DNA of 39,341 nucleotides from a virus: positions 1 to 39,341 of the IMG/VR virus record IMGVR_UViG_3300027898_000005; one strand, written 5' to 3'. Under the pieces are notes generated by a model. The model did not search any database, had not been told where the DNA came from, and was given only the letters and a program-made list of their open reading frames with translations. The first letter of the stretch is position 1; the number at the start of each line of letters is the position of its first letter. The position numbers were made by a program, and so were the translations under genes. This document shows positions 1 to 8,345 of the stretch, one piece after another.

Positions 1-127
1 AGAGGGCAAGGAAGGGATTAAGGGCCACTAAATCAAAACAGAGCTGAATTGATGCGGTTTATAGCTGATTTGCCGGGTTGAGAGGTGTAATTGGCGGATT
101 GGCGTTCATGGGCCAAAAATGTGCACC
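1..127. repeat. Terminal direct repeat, left copy (identical to 39215-39341)
   Basis: agagggcaaggaagggattaagggcc...aaaaatgtgcacc read identically at both ends of the window. Confidence 0.95.
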
Positions 128-180
128 CAAAATCGCATTATACGTGCAAACGCAACATGCGTGCCAAAGCATAACCGCAT

Positions 181-376
181 TTGGAACGTTCCAATGCCCT
201 GTTACGCTGCTTTGCCATTTTGCCGCTTTGCCGCTATGTTGAGCGCTGCAACCCTCCTCACCGCAACACCAGGAACGCCGCAATGCTGCACCCTCCTAAT
301 CCCTCCTCCGCCTTTCCTGCTAACGATCCAGCCGCTATTAGGCATTCCGGCACGACGCCAGAGCGGGGATTAGGCA
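181..376. repeat. Cluster of short repeats in the untranslated leader of the late arm
   Basis: Perfect 14-bp palindrome TTGGAACGTTCCAA at 181-194. TTTGCCGC tandem at 219-226 and 227-234, preceded by TTTGCCA at 211-217. GCTGCA(A)CCCTCCT at 245-258 and 285-297. ATTAGGCA at 337-344 and 369-376. Confidence 0.6.
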
Positions 377-603
377 ATGTCCCGCCAGGCCGGCAGGGGG
401 GCCAAGATGTTTTGCCTGAGCGCGCCATAGATGACCCCTTACGCACCCCCGTCTCGCGTAAGCTCCTTTTAGCCGCCGCGCCGCGCCTGCTATCCGGCGA
501 AGATCCCCAAGCGTCACACCTAACCGGAGTTCAAGCATTTCAGCTAAAAAAGTATGTTGACGAATGCGCCGCAGCCGAAATGCTTGACGAGGAGCCGCCG
601 ATC

Positions 604-1050
604 ATGCCAAAGCTCCTCCAGCTCCTCCCCGAAGCGCACATCGTTCCGTGGCAGAAGGGGGTGGCCCCAAATCCGAAAGGACGACCAAAAGGTTCGAGGC
701 ATAAGCTGTCCATGAAGTTCTTCACCGACCTTCACGACATATGGCTGGAGCAGGGAGACGGGATCTTGCGCCGCGCCGCGTTTCAGGATCCGATGGGTTT
801 TGCGGCGATGTGCGCCAAGCTCATGCCGCAGAAGATTGAAGTGCGCGATACGACGCTGGAGGATATGGAAGATGACAAGCTCGCAAACCTCATCAGCGCC
901 CTTGAGCAGCGGCTCACCAGTGGACATTCTGCCGGAGGGCGTGACGCCGGAACAGGCGGAAGATCTGTTAAGACGATTGAAGGCCGAGTTATCGAACAGG
1001 GAGAGCCGCGACCGGCTGGCGCTCTACCGCCCGTATCCGAAACAGATTGA
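604..1050 (+). CDS. Putative terminase small subunit
   Basis: Lies directly upstream of and overlapping terL. Basic motif PNPKGRPKGSRHKL. GAGGAG RBS at 589-594, 9 nt before ATG 604. The ORF-track start (TTG 181) adds 141 implausible residues with no RBS, so it was trimmed. The 3' end overlaps the terL frame. Confidence 0.5.
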   Translation: MPKLLQLLPEAHIVPWQKGVAPNPKGRPKGSRHKLSMKFFTDLHDIWLEQGDGILRRAAFQDPMGFAAMCAKLMPQKIEVRDTTLEDMEDDKLANLISALEQRLTSGHSAGGRDAGTGGRSVKTIEGRVIEQGEPRPAGALPPVSETD

Positions 1051-2395
1051 GTTCCATAATCTGACTGGTGACGCCAAAGTAAAGGAGCGGCTGTTCATGG
1101 CCGGCAACCAGCTTGGCAAGACGCTGGCCGGCGCTGCGGAGGACGCGATCCACCTGACCGGACGCTACCCTGACTGGTGGAAAGGGCATCGCTTCTCCGG
1201 TCCTATAACCATGATCGTCGGATCGGAAAGTTCCGAGTTGACGCGTGATGGTTTGCAGCGGCTTCTCATCGGGCCGCCTGCCGATGAAAGCGCATGGGGC
1301 ACCGGCTTTATTCCGGCAGACGCCATATTGGATCGTTCCAGAAAGATGGGCACGCCGAACGCCATCGACAGTGTGACTGTGCGGCACAAGGATGGCGGAG
1401 CTTCGACGCTGCTGTTCAAGTCCTATGACCAGGGGCGCGGCAAGTGGCAGGCGAACACGGTTCACTATGTCCACTTCGACGAAGAACCGCCTTTCGATGT
1501 TTATTCCGAAGGGCGCACGCGCACCACCGCGACGCAGGGGCTTGTCACCGTCACCTTCACGCCGCTCAAAGGTATCAGCCAAGTCGTCAAGCGCTTCCTT
1601 AACGATCCGTCGCCGTCCCGCAAAGTCGTCGTTATGACCATCAACGATGTGCAGCATATCAGCGAAGCCGACCGCGAACGCATCATCAAAGACTATCCCG
1701 AACACGAGCGCGAAGCCCGCGCCAACGGCACGCCGACACTCGGAGCCGGCGCTGTTTATCCCGTCACTGACACCAGCATTGTCGTCTCCCCTATACCCAT
1801 TCCGCAGTGGTGGAAGCGCATTGCGGGCCTTGACTTCGGATGGGATCATCCCACTGCCGCCGTCGAGCTGGCCTATGATCCCGACCATGATGTGATCTAT
1901 GTCGTGCGCGAGCACCGCGCCAAACAAAAGACGCCGCCAGAGCATGCCATCACTTTGCGGACGTGGGGATCTGATCTGCGGTTTGCATGGCCGCATGACG
2001 GTCTGCAATCCGACAAGGGATCCGGCGAAGAACTGGCGACGCAATACCGCAAGACGGGATTGAAGCTGCTGGCCGAGCGCTCCACTTTCCCCGACGGCGG
2101 CAATTCCGTTGAAGCCGGTATCATGGCAATCCTCACCCGCATGCAGTCTGGCCGGTGGAAGGTGTTCTCCACCTGCACGGCTTGGCTGGAGGAGAAGCGC
2201 CTGTATCACCGCGAGGAGAAAAACGACGGCGGATCCAAGCTGGTCAAGACGGACGACGACTTGCTGGACGCGAGCAGATATGCCATGATGAGTTTGCGAT
2301 TTGCCCGCGTGTCTGATCGCCGCAGCGCCTTTGGCGTTCGGATGGACAACACAGTGAGCGAAACAGCTATAGGAACCGGCGAAGTAGATTGGTAG
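872..2395 (+). CDS. terL: Terminase large subunit
   Basis: Walker A FMAGNQLGKT, acidic Walker B-like VHYVHFDEEP, C-terminal nuclease-like region (GLDFGWDHP, DDDLLDASRYA). GGAGGA RBS at 858-863, 8 nt before ATG 872. GTG 920 is an alternative start. Confidence 0.85.
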   Translation: MTSSQTSSAPLSSGSPVDILPEGVTPEQAEDLLRRLKAELSNRESRDRLALYRPYPKQIEFHNLTGDAKVKERLFMAGNQLGKTLAGAAEDAIHLTGRYPDWWKGHRFSGPITMIVGSESSELTRDGLQRLLIGPPADESAWGTGFIPADAILDRSRKMGTPNAIDSVTVRHKDGGASTLLFKSYDQGRGKWQANTVHYVHFDEEPPFDVYSEGRTRTTATQGLVTVTFTPLKGISQVVKRFLNDPSPSRKVVVMTINDVQHISEADRERIIKDYPEHEREARANGTPTLGAGAVYPVTDTSIVVSPIPIPQWWKRIAGLDFGWDHPTAAVELAYDPDHDVIYVVREHRAKQKTPPEHAITLRTWGSDLRFAWPHDGLQSDKGSGEELATQYRKTGLKLLAERSTFPDGGNSVEAGIMAILTRMQSGRWKVFSTCTAWLEEKRLYHREEKNDGGSKLVKTDDDLLDASRYAMMSLRFARVSDRRSAFGVRMDNTVSETAIGTGEVDW

Positions 2396-2404
2396 GAGAT
2401 CAAA

Positions 2405-2632
2405 ATGGGTATTCGGTGCAAAATGAAGCTCGAAGGTGTGTATGCGAATACGTGGGGTGGCGCAAAGGCAATTTTCCGCTGCGAGTATGATCCGAATTTG
2501 CGGCCCGAAGATAAAAGTTTTCAAAAGGCCACGCCTAACGGGCAGGCCGAGTTCACCGTCGATAATCCCGACGCAGCCGCGCAGCTTATCATCGGCAAGC
2601 ATTATTACGTCGATTTTACTCCTGTCGAATAG
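2405..2632 (+). CDS. Hypothetical protein
   Basis: AGGAG RBS at 2394-2398 before ATG 2405. Compact 75-aa ORF in the operon gap between terL and portal. Confidence 0.6.
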   Translation: MGIRCKMKLEGVYANTWGGAKAIFRCEYDPNLRPEDKSFQKATPNGQAEFTVDNPDAAAQLIIGKHYYVDFTPVE

Positions 2633-2658
2633 TGTCGAGCGCAGATTGGTGATCCCTC

Positions 2659-2850
2659 ATGTCCTCATTGTTCAATCCCCCGAAACCGCAAGCCCCGCCG
2701 CCCGTCCCGCAGCTCGACAACGCCATTTCGGCGCGTAACGCCAGCGATACTCTGGCGATGCGGCGCGGCATAGGCACCACCATGCTGACCGGCGACCAAG
2801 GCCTGCCGGATCTCGGCAGCGTCGCCAAACCCGCCACGGCAGGTAAATGA
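2659..2850 (+). CDS. Hypothetical protein (Pro-rich N-terminus)
   Basis: 63-aa ORF in an otherwise empty gap. ATGA start/stop coupling with the next ORF at 2847. Confidence 0.5.
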   Translation: MSSLFNPPKPQAPPPVPQLDNAISARNASDTLAMRRGIGTTMLTGDQGLPDLGSVAKPATAGK

Positions 2851-3083
2851 TGCAAGACAATAGCGGCCCGCACATACTCGCCATCAACACGTCGCCAGTG
2901 CAGCGCCCGCTATTCATCCGCATGCGTAACGACCGATTGGTGTGGACACGCCAGCGCGAGACGGCTTTGCTGTTCCGCAGCTTCGCTGACGCCGAACGCT
3001 TCGCCGCACAGACCTTTACGCGAGTGCGCGGCTACGCCCGCCCCTTCCCGTTTTTCACCGCTGCCGAGGAGGATATGGCGTGA
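2847..3083 (+). CDS. Hypothetical protein
   Basis: Translationally coupled on both sides: ATGA at 2847, GTGA at 3080-3083. Confidence 0.5.
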   Translation: MMQDNSGPHILAINTSPVQRPLFIRMRNDRLVWTRQRETALLFRSFADAERFAAQTFTRVRGYARPFPFFTAAEEDMA

Positions 3084-4708
3084 GCGATCCAGATACTGCC
3101 CAACAGATCATCCGCCGGCAGGAGCAGATCAAATCCAATCGCGGAACGTTCGAGCGCCAGTGGCACGAGATCGGACTGCGCGTCATGCCGCGCGCCGATA
3201 ATTTCCTCTCCAAATCCGCGCCAGGGCAGCGCAAAGATCAATTCGTTTTTGACAGCACCGCCCCGCTGGCGCTTACCCGTTTCTCCGCCGCGCTGGAGAG
3301 CATGCTCACGCCGCGCAGCCAGAAGTGGCACAATCTCGAAGCGCTGGATCCGCGCGTCAAGAAAAGCAAAGCCGTCGCCGTCTATCTGGAGCAGGTGCGC
3401 GACTTGCTGTTTCAGGTGCGCTACACGCCCTCCGCCAATTTCGCCAGTCAGACCAACGAGCTGTATATGAACCTCGGCGCGTTCGGAACCGGCGCGATGT
3501 TCATCAAGGATGCTTTGCACGAAGGCATCAAATATATGTCGATCCCGCTGGCCGAGCTGTTCATCGCCCAGGATGATAACGGCATTGTCGATACGGTGTA
3601 TCGCCGCTACGAGATGACCGCCCGCGCCGCGTGGCGCAAGTGGGGCGATGTTCTGCCGGAGAAGATCCTGCAAGCCAAAGTCAAAGACCCCGAACAGACC
3701 TTCGAGTTCATTCATTGCGTGCGCCCAAACGACGAGGTGGAGCACGGGAAGCTCAACCGGCGCGGCATGAAATACTATTCCGCCGACGTCGCCATCGAAG
3801 GCAAGACGCTTCTAAAGGAAGGGGGCTTCCGCACCTTCCCCTATGCGGTGAGCCGCTATGTCACCGCAGCCGGCGAAGTCTATGGCCGCAGCCCTGCACA
3901 AGATGTGTTGGCCGATATTCGCACCGTCAACGAGATGGAAAAGACGAACCTGCGCTATGGGCAGCGCGTCAATGATCCACCATTGATGACCGCAGATGTT
4001 GATAGCCTCTCGCCGTTCAACATGAAATCCGGCTCGCTGAATGCCGGCTATCTGTCCGAAAACGGCACAGAGATGGTCAAGCCGCTGCTGATCCAGGGCG
4101 ATCCGCGTTTCGCCATCGAGCAGAGCCAGCAGAAGCGCAAAGCCATCAATGACAGCTTCCTCGTCACGCTGTTCCAGATACTCGTCGATACGCCGCAAAT
4201 GACCGCCACCGAAGTGATGGAGCGCGCGCAGGAAAAAGGCGCGCTGCTGGCGCCGACCGTCGGGCGGCAGGAAGCCGAGTTTCTTGGTTGCTGCATCACC
4301 CGCGAGATTGATATTCTGGCCTCTGCCGGTGCCCTGCCACCCCCGCCGCCGGAGCTGGCGAACAGCGGAGGCCAGATCAAGATCATCTATGACAACCCGC
4401 TCTCCCGTATGCGCCGCAGCGGCGAAGGCGTCGGGATCCTGCGAACCATCGAAAGCCTTATGCCGGTGGCGCAGGCCGATCCACGTGTGTTGAAGCGGTT
4501 CAACTTTGACCGCATCACGCAGCGCCTGTCCGAAGTCAACGGCGTGCCGGCGGATTGCCTGTATTCCGATGACGAGATGAAAAAGATCGACGCGCAAATG
4601 GCGCAGCAGGAGCAGATGAAAAACATGCTGCAAGCCGCGCCCATTGCCGCGCAGACCGCCAAGACGCTTTCCGACGCCAACGCCAACGCGCAAAAAGCGC
4701 CATTCTAG
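3080..4708 (+). CDS. Portal (head-tail connector) protein
   Basis: 542 aa, positioned after terL. N-terminal pattern QQIIRRQEQIKSNRGTFERQWHEIGLRVMP resembles podovirus head-to-tail connector proteins. GGAGGA RBS before GTG 3080. Confidence 0.8.
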   Translation: MSDPDTAQQIIRRQEQIKSNRGTFERQWHEIGLRVMPRADNFLSKSAPGQRKDQFVFDSTAPLALTRFSAALESMLTPRSQKWHNLEALDPRVKKSKAVAVYLEQVRDLLFQVRYTPSANFASQTNELYMNLGAFGTGAMFIKDALHEGIKYMSIPLAELFIAQDDNGIVDTVYRRYEMTARAAWRKWGDVLPEKILQAKVKDPEQTFEFIHCVRPNDEVEHGKLNRRGMKYYSADVAIEGKTLLKEGGFRTFPYAVSRYVTAAGEVYGRSPAQDVLADIRTVNEMEKTNLRYGQRVNDPPLMTADVDSLSPFNMKSGSLNAGYLSENGTEMVKPLLIQGDPRFAIEQSQQKRKAINDSFLVTLFQILVDTPQMTATEVMERAQEKGALLAPTVGRQEAEFLGCCITREIDILASAGALPPPPPELANSGGQIKIIYDNPLSRMRRSGEGVGILRTIESLMPVAQADPRVLKRFNFDRITQRLSEVNGVPADCLYSDDEMKKIDAQMAQQEQMKNMLQAAPIAAQTAKTLSDANANAQKAPF

Positions 4709-4716
4709 GAGCCACC

Positions 4717-4965
4717 ATGTCTGTTATCCTTGGCGCAATGCCCGCCGATCAGTTGGAAAAGCTGGCCCGTCAGATCCGCGCCGGCGAAGCGCGCAGCTTC
4801 GTCGTGCTCACAGTGGATAAGAACGGCAAGACCGGCGGCACCGTATTCGTTCATCCGTCAGACGCGCGAAACGACTTCATGCGGCTTGGCAACGAGGCTG
4901 TGACATTTGCCGAGCGTGCCCATGCCTCGATTATCGCGCCGGCCAAAGTCGGGGTTAAGAATTGA
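4717..4965 (+). CDS. Hypothetical protein
   Basis: TAGGAG RBS directly before ATG 4717. 82 aa. Confidence 0.6.
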   Translation: MSVILGAMPADQLEKLARQIRAGEARSFVVLTVDKNGKTGGTVFVHPSDARNDFMRLGNEAVTFAERAHASIIAPAKVGVKN

Positions 4966-5240
4966 GCGCCACGCCGTTCTCCCGCAAACAGCTCGCCATC
5001 CGGCGATTGCTGCTCGACGGCAGAGGCCACCTCAATGCGGATGCGCGCATTCTGGTGCAGGATATGCGGAAGTTTTGCCGTGCGGACGGATCCGCGCAGG
5101 TTATTTTTAGCCCTGTCAGCGGCAGCATCGACGTCAACGCCACGTTGGTCGCCGCAGCTCGGCGCGAAGTGTTCGAGCGTTATGTCAGGATGCTCCTGCT
5201 TGACGTCGGAGAGTTGGTCAACTTACGAGAGGAAAACTAA
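4962..5240 (+). CDS. Hypothetical protein
   Basis: TTGA start/stop overlap with the upstream ORF. The stop overlaps the scaffold ATG (TAATG). Non-ATG start lowers confidence. Confidence 0.45.
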   Translation: MSATPFSRKQLAIRRLLLDGRGHLNADARILVQDMRKFCRADGSAQVIFSPVSGSIDVNATLVAAARREVFERYVRMLLLDVGELVNLREEN

Positions 5241-6175
5241 TGCGCTATATCCGGAATATCTGTTTCGCCCCTGCCGACGGCGGGGCAAGCGGCACAGGAA
5301 ACGCCCCGCCTGCCGGTGGCGATCCAGGAGCCGCGCTACTGTCTCAAAGCCAAGCCGCGCCGGTTGTGCCCGCGCAGCAGCAAGCCGCCGGATCTTCGGA
5401 GTGGGTGAAGGGTATCCCCGCCGAGTTTCAGACCAGCCTTACCGCAAAGGGATGGGATAAGCTGCCCGACGCCGACGCGCCGAAGGTGATCGGAGACGCC
5501 TACTTCAACCTCGAAAAGCTGCTCGGCGCAGACCGCGCAGGCCGCACAGTCGTTCTGCCGAAAGACGACGCGACGCCAGAAGAAAAGCGGGCGTTCTACG
5601 CCAAGCTCGGCGCACCGGAAAAGCCGGACGGATACGAGATCAAGGTGCCGGACGGCGCACCCAAAGAGCTGGTGACGGCGGCGCAGCAGTGGATGCACGA
5701 ACTCGGCCTGCCGAAAGCGCAAGGCGAACAGCTCGCCGCCAAATATCTCGAAGCCGAAGCCAACAGCTTCAAAGCGTTTCAGGCGGAAGGCGCGAAGGCC
5801 ATCGACGGGCTTAAAGTCGAATGGGGCGCGGATTACGACAAAAACACGGAAGCCGCCCGCCGCGCCGTCCGCACGCTCGCTCTTGATCCCGATAGTCTTA
5901 CCCGCATGGAGCGCGGCCTCGGCACAGCATCTATGCTAAAGCTGATGGCAAAGATCGGCGGCAGCGTGCTGGAAGATGGTGGCCCTTCCAACGTGGCCGG
6001 TTCGAGCAGCAATGCTAATTTTGTGTTGACAGCGACGGCGGCGCAGGCCAAGATACAAACACTTATGGCGGACACCGCTTTTCAGGCTCGGCTCCAGTCT
6101 CCTAACGGCAACGTTCGGAACGCCGCGCTGGCAGAGTGGGAGGAAGCCCATAAGGCAGCTTCTGCCGCCGGATGA
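5240..6175 (+). CDS. Scaffolding (capsid assembly) protein
   Basis: Between portal and major capsid. Ala/Glu/Lys-rich, helical-looking, with a low-complexity N-terminus. Motif EEKRAFYAKLGAPEKPDGYEIKVP is typical of podovirus scaffold proteins. GAGAGGA RBS. Confidence 0.65.
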   Translation: MRYIRNICFAPADGGASGTGNAPPAGGDPGAALLSQSQAAPVVPAQQQAAGSSEWVKGIPAEFQTSLTAKGWDKLPDADAPKVIGDAYFNLEKLLGADRAGRTVVLPKDDATPEEKRAFYAKLGAPEKPDGYEIKVPDGAPKELVTAAQQWMHELGLPKAQGEQLAAKYLEAEANSFKAFQAEGAKAIDGLKVEWGADYDKNTEAARRAVRTLALDPDSLTRMERGLGTASMLKLMAKIGGSVLEDGGPSNVAGSSSNANFVLTATAAQAKIQTLMADTAFQARLQSPNGNVRNAALAEWEEAHKAASAAG

Positions 6176-6244
6176 TCCGGCACCGTCGGCCTTTAGGTTC
6201 TAAAGACAACCGCGCATCACTCACTTAATCGGAGGAATGGCGCA

Positions 6245-7156
6245 ATGTCTTTTTCAGTGCCTACCCATTTTGTTCAGGCTTACAGCACGAACGTCCAGAT
6301 GCTCTTGCAGCAGAAGGGCGGCAAACTCACCCCTTACGTCCGCCAAGCCCCTTACACCGGCAAAGGCGCGAAAGCGGTGGAACAGTTCGGTGCTGTCAAG
6401 CCTGTGAAGAACCTCTCCCGTCACGCGGACACCCCGCTGATCTCCACCCCTGACGACGCGCGTTGGGTCTACCCGAACGATTATGAATGGGCAGATCTGA
6501 TCGACGATCAGGATCGGCTTCGCATGCTGATTGATCCCACCTCGTCCTACGTGCAGAACGCAGTCAATTCGATGCGCCGCGCACAGGATGACGAGATCTT
6601 GCAGGCATTCTTTGCGGCGGCCAATACCGGCGAAAACGGCACCTCGTCCACCGCATTCCCGTCCGGCCAGATCGTCGGCGTCAATGTCGGCGGCACCAGC
6701 TCGAACCTGAACGTCGCCAAGCTGCGCGCTGCGAAGCGTCTGTTTATGGCTGCGGGCACGGATCTCGAAACCGAACAGCTCTTTGTCGCCATCACCGCCG
6801 CCGACCATGACGGCTTGCTGAACGAAATTCAGGTGACGAACTTGGATTACAACACCAAGCCAGTGCTGATGGACGGCAAGGTTACGGCCTTCATGGGCTT
6901 TAACTTCGTCCATGTCGAGTTTACCGACATTAACTCGTATCAGACCGACACGGTGAACGCGCTCACCTCCGGCTCGAACCGCCTGCTCCCCGCGTGGGCG
7001 CAGAGCGGCATGCACCTCGGCATGTGGCAAGACGTTCAAACCCGCGTCGATCCGCGACCGGACAAGCGTTACGCCACGCAGGTCTATGCCAAGACCACCG
7101 TGGGAGCGACGCGCACCGAAGAAAAGCGCGTGGTTCAGATCATCACCACCGGCTAA
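6245..7156 (+). CDS. Major capsid protein
   Basis: 303 aa immediately after the scaffold, GGAGGA RBS, followed by a stem-loop. N-terminal pattern FVQAYSTNVQMLLQQKGGKL...SRHADTP resembles phage major capsid families. Confidence 0.8.
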   Translation: MSFSVPTHFVQAYSTNVQMLLQQKGGKLTPYVRQAPYTGKGAKAVEQFGAVKPVKNLSRHADTPLISTPDDARWVYPNDYEWADLIDDQDRLRMLIDPTSSYVQNAVNSMRRAQDDEILQAFFAAANTGENGTSSTAFPSGQIVGVNVGGTSSNLNVAKLRAAKRLFMAAGTDLETEQLFVAITAADHDGLLNEIQVTNLDYNTKPVLMDGKVTAFMGFNFVHVEFTDINSYQTDTVNALTSGSNRLLPAWAQSGMHLGMWQDVQTRVDPRPDKRYATQVYAKTTVGATRTEEKRVVQIITTG

Positions 7157-7157
7157 G

Positions 7158-7179
7158 AGTAGGGCGCTCGCGCCCTACT
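7158..7179 (+). terminator. Stem-loop after the capsid gene (weak terminator or mRNA stabiliser)
   Basis: AGTAGGGCG / CGCCCTACT 9-bp stem with a 4-nt loop, starting 2 nt after the capsid stop. The downstream tail ttccgtcc is T-poor. Confidence 0.4.
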
Positions 7180-7207
7180 TCCGTCCACGTCTTTTCAGGA
7201 GCTTTCA

Positions 7208-7711
7208 ATGACCGCTTTCACTTCAATCGAGCAGACCGGCTACACCAGCAAGCCTGTCATCAAGCCGTCGCTGGCCGCCTTCGGTGCGTGTGTCCGGCGC
7301 TACCGCGCCACGCTCAACATGGCGAACACCACCGTCACCACGGCGGATAACGTATATCTTGGCCGCATCCCGTCGGGCGCGGTGTTCAGCTATGGCGTCA
7401 TCAACACCAGCGCCTCGCTCGGCACCGCTTCGCTGAACATCGGTTTGTCGCAGACCCACGCCGCCAACACGCAGTATGCAACCGGCATCGTGCTCACCGC
7501 GACCAACACCCCGACTTTGTTCGGCATGGTCAGCGATCCAGGTTCGTCGCTTGGCTCGTCTTTCACGTCGCTGCCTTACGGCGTAACCGCGACTTGGGGC
7601 ACGTCCGAACCGTCGGTGTTGCCGCAGCGCGACGTCTATCTCACCGTGGGCGTGGCGAACCTTCCGACGTCCGGCCTGTTCACCATTGATCTTTATTTCG
7701 CTTGCGAATAA
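7208..7711 (+). CDS. Hypothetical virion protein (possible capsid accessory or decoration)
   Basis: 167 aa, Ser/Thr/Gly-rich and beta-looking. Located between the capsid gene and a strong terminator. Confidence 0.55.
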   Translation: MTAFTSIEQTGYTSKPVIKPSLAAFGACVRRYRATLNMANTTVTTADNVYLGRIPSGAVFSYGVINTSASLGTASLNIGLSQTHAANTQYATGIVLTATNTPTLFGMVSDPGSSLGSSFTSLPYGVTATWGTSEPSVLPQRDVYLTVGVANLPTSGLFTIDLYFACE

Positions 7712-7716
7712 GATCC

Positions 7717-7744
7717 AGCGCGGTGCAACAGCACCGCGCTTTTT
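7717..7744 (+). terminator. Rho-independent terminator
   Basis: Perfect 10-bp stem AGCGCGGTGC / GCACCGCGCT, loop AACA, followed by TTTT. Confidence 0.8.
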
Positions 7745-7758
7745 AACAGGAGGAGCGG

Positions 7759-7962
7759 ATGGCTCAACACCAGTATGACATTGTGCTCGGCGCAGACCGC
7801 ACGGCCATTGTGGCCGCGCAGACAGTCGGTAGCGCGATCTCGACCTCGGCTATTCGTGTTACCATTGACGACGCGAACTGCCCGACAAAAAACGACGCAT
7901 TCAAGATCCTCGATACGATGCGCGAAGTTATCACCGCCGGCCCTTGGCCGCCTGTCCCGTAA
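7759..7962 (+). CDS. Hypothetical protein
   Basis: AGGAGGAG RBS before ATG 7759. 67 aa. Confidence 0.55.
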   Translation: MAQHQYDIVLGADRTAIVAAQTVGSAISTSAIRVTIDDANCPTKNDAFKILDTMREVITAGPWPPVP

Positions 7963-7972
7963 GGATTAAACC

Positions 7973-8341
7973 ATGACCACGCGCTCCCCCGTCGTAACTC
8001 GCAGCGGCAACAGCTCTGGCGGCTCCGATCTCATCGCTGTGTATAGCGGCATGCAGAACGGCGACGATGGCGTGTGGTTTAACCAGCCTGGTTTCGTGCT
8101 GCGCTCGGCCAGCGTCAAAGGCGTTCTCGGAGCGGGCGGACAGGTGCAGGTCAAAGGCGCGAGTGATCGTTCCGTGGTTTCTGGCGCACAGGCCGACGAG
8201 AGCAGCCTGCTCGGCAACCTCACGTCGCAGAGCACCACCACGACCGGCGCGTATATCGGCGTCCCTGCCTATCGTCCGGTCGTAACCGGCGGTGACGGCA
8301 CCACGCTGCTGACGATCACCCTTTATTTCATTCAGGACTAG
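7973..8341 (+). CDS. Hypothetical virion protein
   Basis: 122 aa. The C-terminal LLTITLYFIQD resembles the C-terminus of the 7208-7711 product (LFTIDLYFACE). Confidence 0.55.
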   Translation: MTTRSPVVTRSGNSSGGSDLIAVYSGMQNGDDGVWFNQPGFVLRSASVKGVLGAGGQVQVKGASDRSVVSGAQADESSLLGNLTSQSTTTTGAYIGVPAYRPVVTGGDGTTLLTITLYFIQD

Positions 8342-8345
8342 CCAG

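Noticed and set aside
181-603. N-terminal 141-aa extension of the small terminase ORF (TTG start at 181).
   Set aside because: There is no RBS and the start is non-ATG, inside a perfect palindrome. The region is repeat-rich, and a good GAGGAG RBS precedes ATG 604. It was treated as non-coding leader.
989-2602. 537-aa ORF antisense to the large terminase. Similar long antisense ORFs occur at 3032-3745, 3812-4693, 6254-7039, 10534-11301, 15438-16514, 17634-18359, 20415-21107, 23823-25157, 25891-27825 and 29145-29759.
   Set aside because: Each lies entirely opposite a gene with strong motif support. Their sequences are Arg/Ala/Gly-rich low-information strings typical of stop-poor antisense frames in GC-rich DNA, and none has an RBS or operon context.
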